Of a stretch of DNA of 64,000 nt, positions 61,911-64,000 are shown piece after piece. Source of the DNA: Neolecta irregularis DAH-3 (lineage: Eukaryota). The notes beneath the pieces are model-generated. The model was not told where the DNA came from and ran no database searches. It saw only the letters and a program-made list of their open reading frames with translations. A program made the translations under genes and the position numbers. The stretch lies in NCBI GenBank assembly GCA_001929475.1, contig LXFE01000119.1, positions 1 through 64,000 on the forward strand, in the 5' to 3' direction. Position 1 is the stretch's first letter. Each line of letters opens with the position of its first letter.

Positions 61911-64000
61911 CTATAGCAAAGGCGGTGGAATTGGGAGGCCCGGTTCGTCTCGTCCTTCATTATTTTGAGGCCGATGGTTTTGTTGCTGGCCTTCTCTCAA
62001 TTGTTGATTCTGTCTCCACCAAAGCAAAAATGCGACGAACCCGCAAAGTCCTAGAATCGCAAGGGTCTCTAATATGGAGTCTTCAAAATCTTCGAGATAA
62101 TCATCCTCAAGGACATCTTGTTGATAGTCGTCGAGGACATTTTCAGGCATCTTCGTTGACGCTTGAGCTTTTCCTTTGTTCTGGCCTAATGCCGGTTGCT
62201 GATATCTTTTAAATAGCTGTTGAATAGCCGACTTGACGGTTATCTGTGGAGGAGGATCTCATTATGAAAAGAATCAAGAAATGAATCATACTTTCATCAT
62301 CCCCAATGCTGTTGATAGGTGCGCCTGTCAACGTATTCCATGCACTCCTAACTCTCAACTTCAATAACGCCAACTGTACGGGAAGCCATGAGTTCGGGCT
62401 GATCTGTATTGCATGGTCATAGTAGCGCTTCGCAAGATTGTAGTCCTGTTTCATTCCGTACCCATTTTCGTACATCCAACCCAGATTCCAATATGCCATC
62501 GGACTCAATTTTGTATCTGAAGCCGATGCATAGCAATTTGCTGCTTTTGCGTAATCAGGAGCTGTTCCGATGCCTTTGAAGTAGAAGTCCCCCACTTTTA
62601 CAATTGCATCAATATTGCCTTGGGTGGAGGATCGGGAGTAATAAATCAAGGCAAGTTCTTCGTTCGTGCCGTTTGGCGGTTTTTGCAAGAAGGACAATGA
62701 AAGGCGGTGTTTATCTAATATGTAAACTGAGTAACAATTCAAAGATACCTTGATCAAGAAGGTAGGCGACATTTGTTTGAGCAACTTCGTAACCTTGTTC
62801 TGCCGCAATCAAGTAACCAATAATAGCTCTGTCAAGATCGCCTGCTTCGATTGCTGCATTGGCATCGGGAATTGTTGAACGACCGCACTCTATCCTTTCT
62901 GCGACCGTTTTATAGTACTAATTTGTTAATATTCACAACAGGAAGATATTTACCAATGTCGCAAGATTGCAGTCTCTTTCTCTTGCTTTTCCGCTGTTAC
63001 TGAGTTCAGCAAGATGATATAAAGCTTCAATATTCCCATGCCTTGCAGATGACTCAAATAATTTTAAAGCAACATTCACTTCCTTCCTCTCAAGATATAC
63101 TTTTCCAAGATTCATCTGGGCGGGCGCAAAATCTTGATCTGCAGCTGCTTTGAAATACTCGTACCCTCTTTTAATATCCTTTTTCAACCCCAGCCCATTC
63201 AAAAACATATATCCTATCCCATTTTGACTGACCGAGTCTCCAAGATCGATTCCTCGTTGAAACCATTGGGCAGCCTTTTCAAAATTCTGAGCGACGCCTT
63301 CACCTCGAAGATACATTCGTCCTATATAACCCGCACTTTTCGCAGCGGCAAGAGCCGTTCCAGGGAGAGGATTCGGAACCATAGCGCCCGATGAAGTCCA
63401 GTATTGTCTAGCAACACCTTGAAAATAAAACAAACTCTTTTGAAAATTTCTATTGGTTGCTCTCGATCCATCGTAGTAGAGTCTTCCGAGTCCAAATTGG
63501 CTTGTAATATCACCTTTCTCAGCCATGAATCGAAGATATTCGAGCACATCATCGAGTTCTTTTGACGCATCTGTCGGCTGAGATTTCTTGTGATGGATTG
63601 AAATAGTGGAACTTGCTCCATCGCCGTATATTCCCCCATCATCTTCAGGAAGAGAGTAATCGTGACGTGCAAGATATTGACCACCGGGAGGCCCAGTTTG
63701 CCACCATTTGATTGCTATATTTTGAGAGCTGAAAACACGTAAGGAGGGTACCACTATCAGCTGCTTTTTTGTAATAAACCACAGCGTCTTCGCAGCTTTT
63801 AGGCGTTCCAATCCCGTTGAAGTGTCGATACCCGAGAGTCATCTCGTATCGCACATCGCCTGATAGAGCTGCGAATGTATAGTATAGATGCGCCTTATCA
63901 TTTCATTTTTCATCTCAAAGACAAAGATAATACCATTCCCTGATCTCTTGCATTGGCATCACCATACCCCGTTGCATAGAGAAATCCAAGCATAGCTTGC
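61911..64000 (-). CDS. HRD3: Sel1-repeat ERAD component (5'-truncated)
   Basis: Multiple Sel1 repeats (LGYRHFNGIGTPKSC, WNLGWMYENGYGMKQDYNLAKRYYD) and a C-terminal transmembrane segment. Confidence 0.93.

Overview
This is a gene-dense eukaryotic (ascomycete fungal) window. Its very short introns (mostly 31-45 nt), tiny intergenic gaps and retention of urease and FRG1 suggest a Taphrinomycotina-type genome such as Neolecta; that assignment is inference. I reconstructed about 30 protein genes by hand-splicing, mostly housekeeping (STT3, NOC2, TOA1, UTP17, RPB10, MPS1, MPP10, SDS22, urease, NPR2, FRG1, JAC1, PSR1, VPS28, DAD3, GWT1, MDM12, HRD3). There are also repeat-rich secreted or surface proteins, an HxxxDG acyltransferase, a hAT transposase remnant and a three-copy solo-LTR-like repeat family. 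The most unusual signal is the splicing grammar. RPB10 intron 1 looks like two unit-length introns fused with no exon between them. NPR2 appears to need a GT-TG intron. GAG acceptors and GC donors recur, as if 3' splice sites are chosen by distance from the branch point rather than by a YAG consensus. Exon boundaries were inferred manually and need RNA-seq confirmation.
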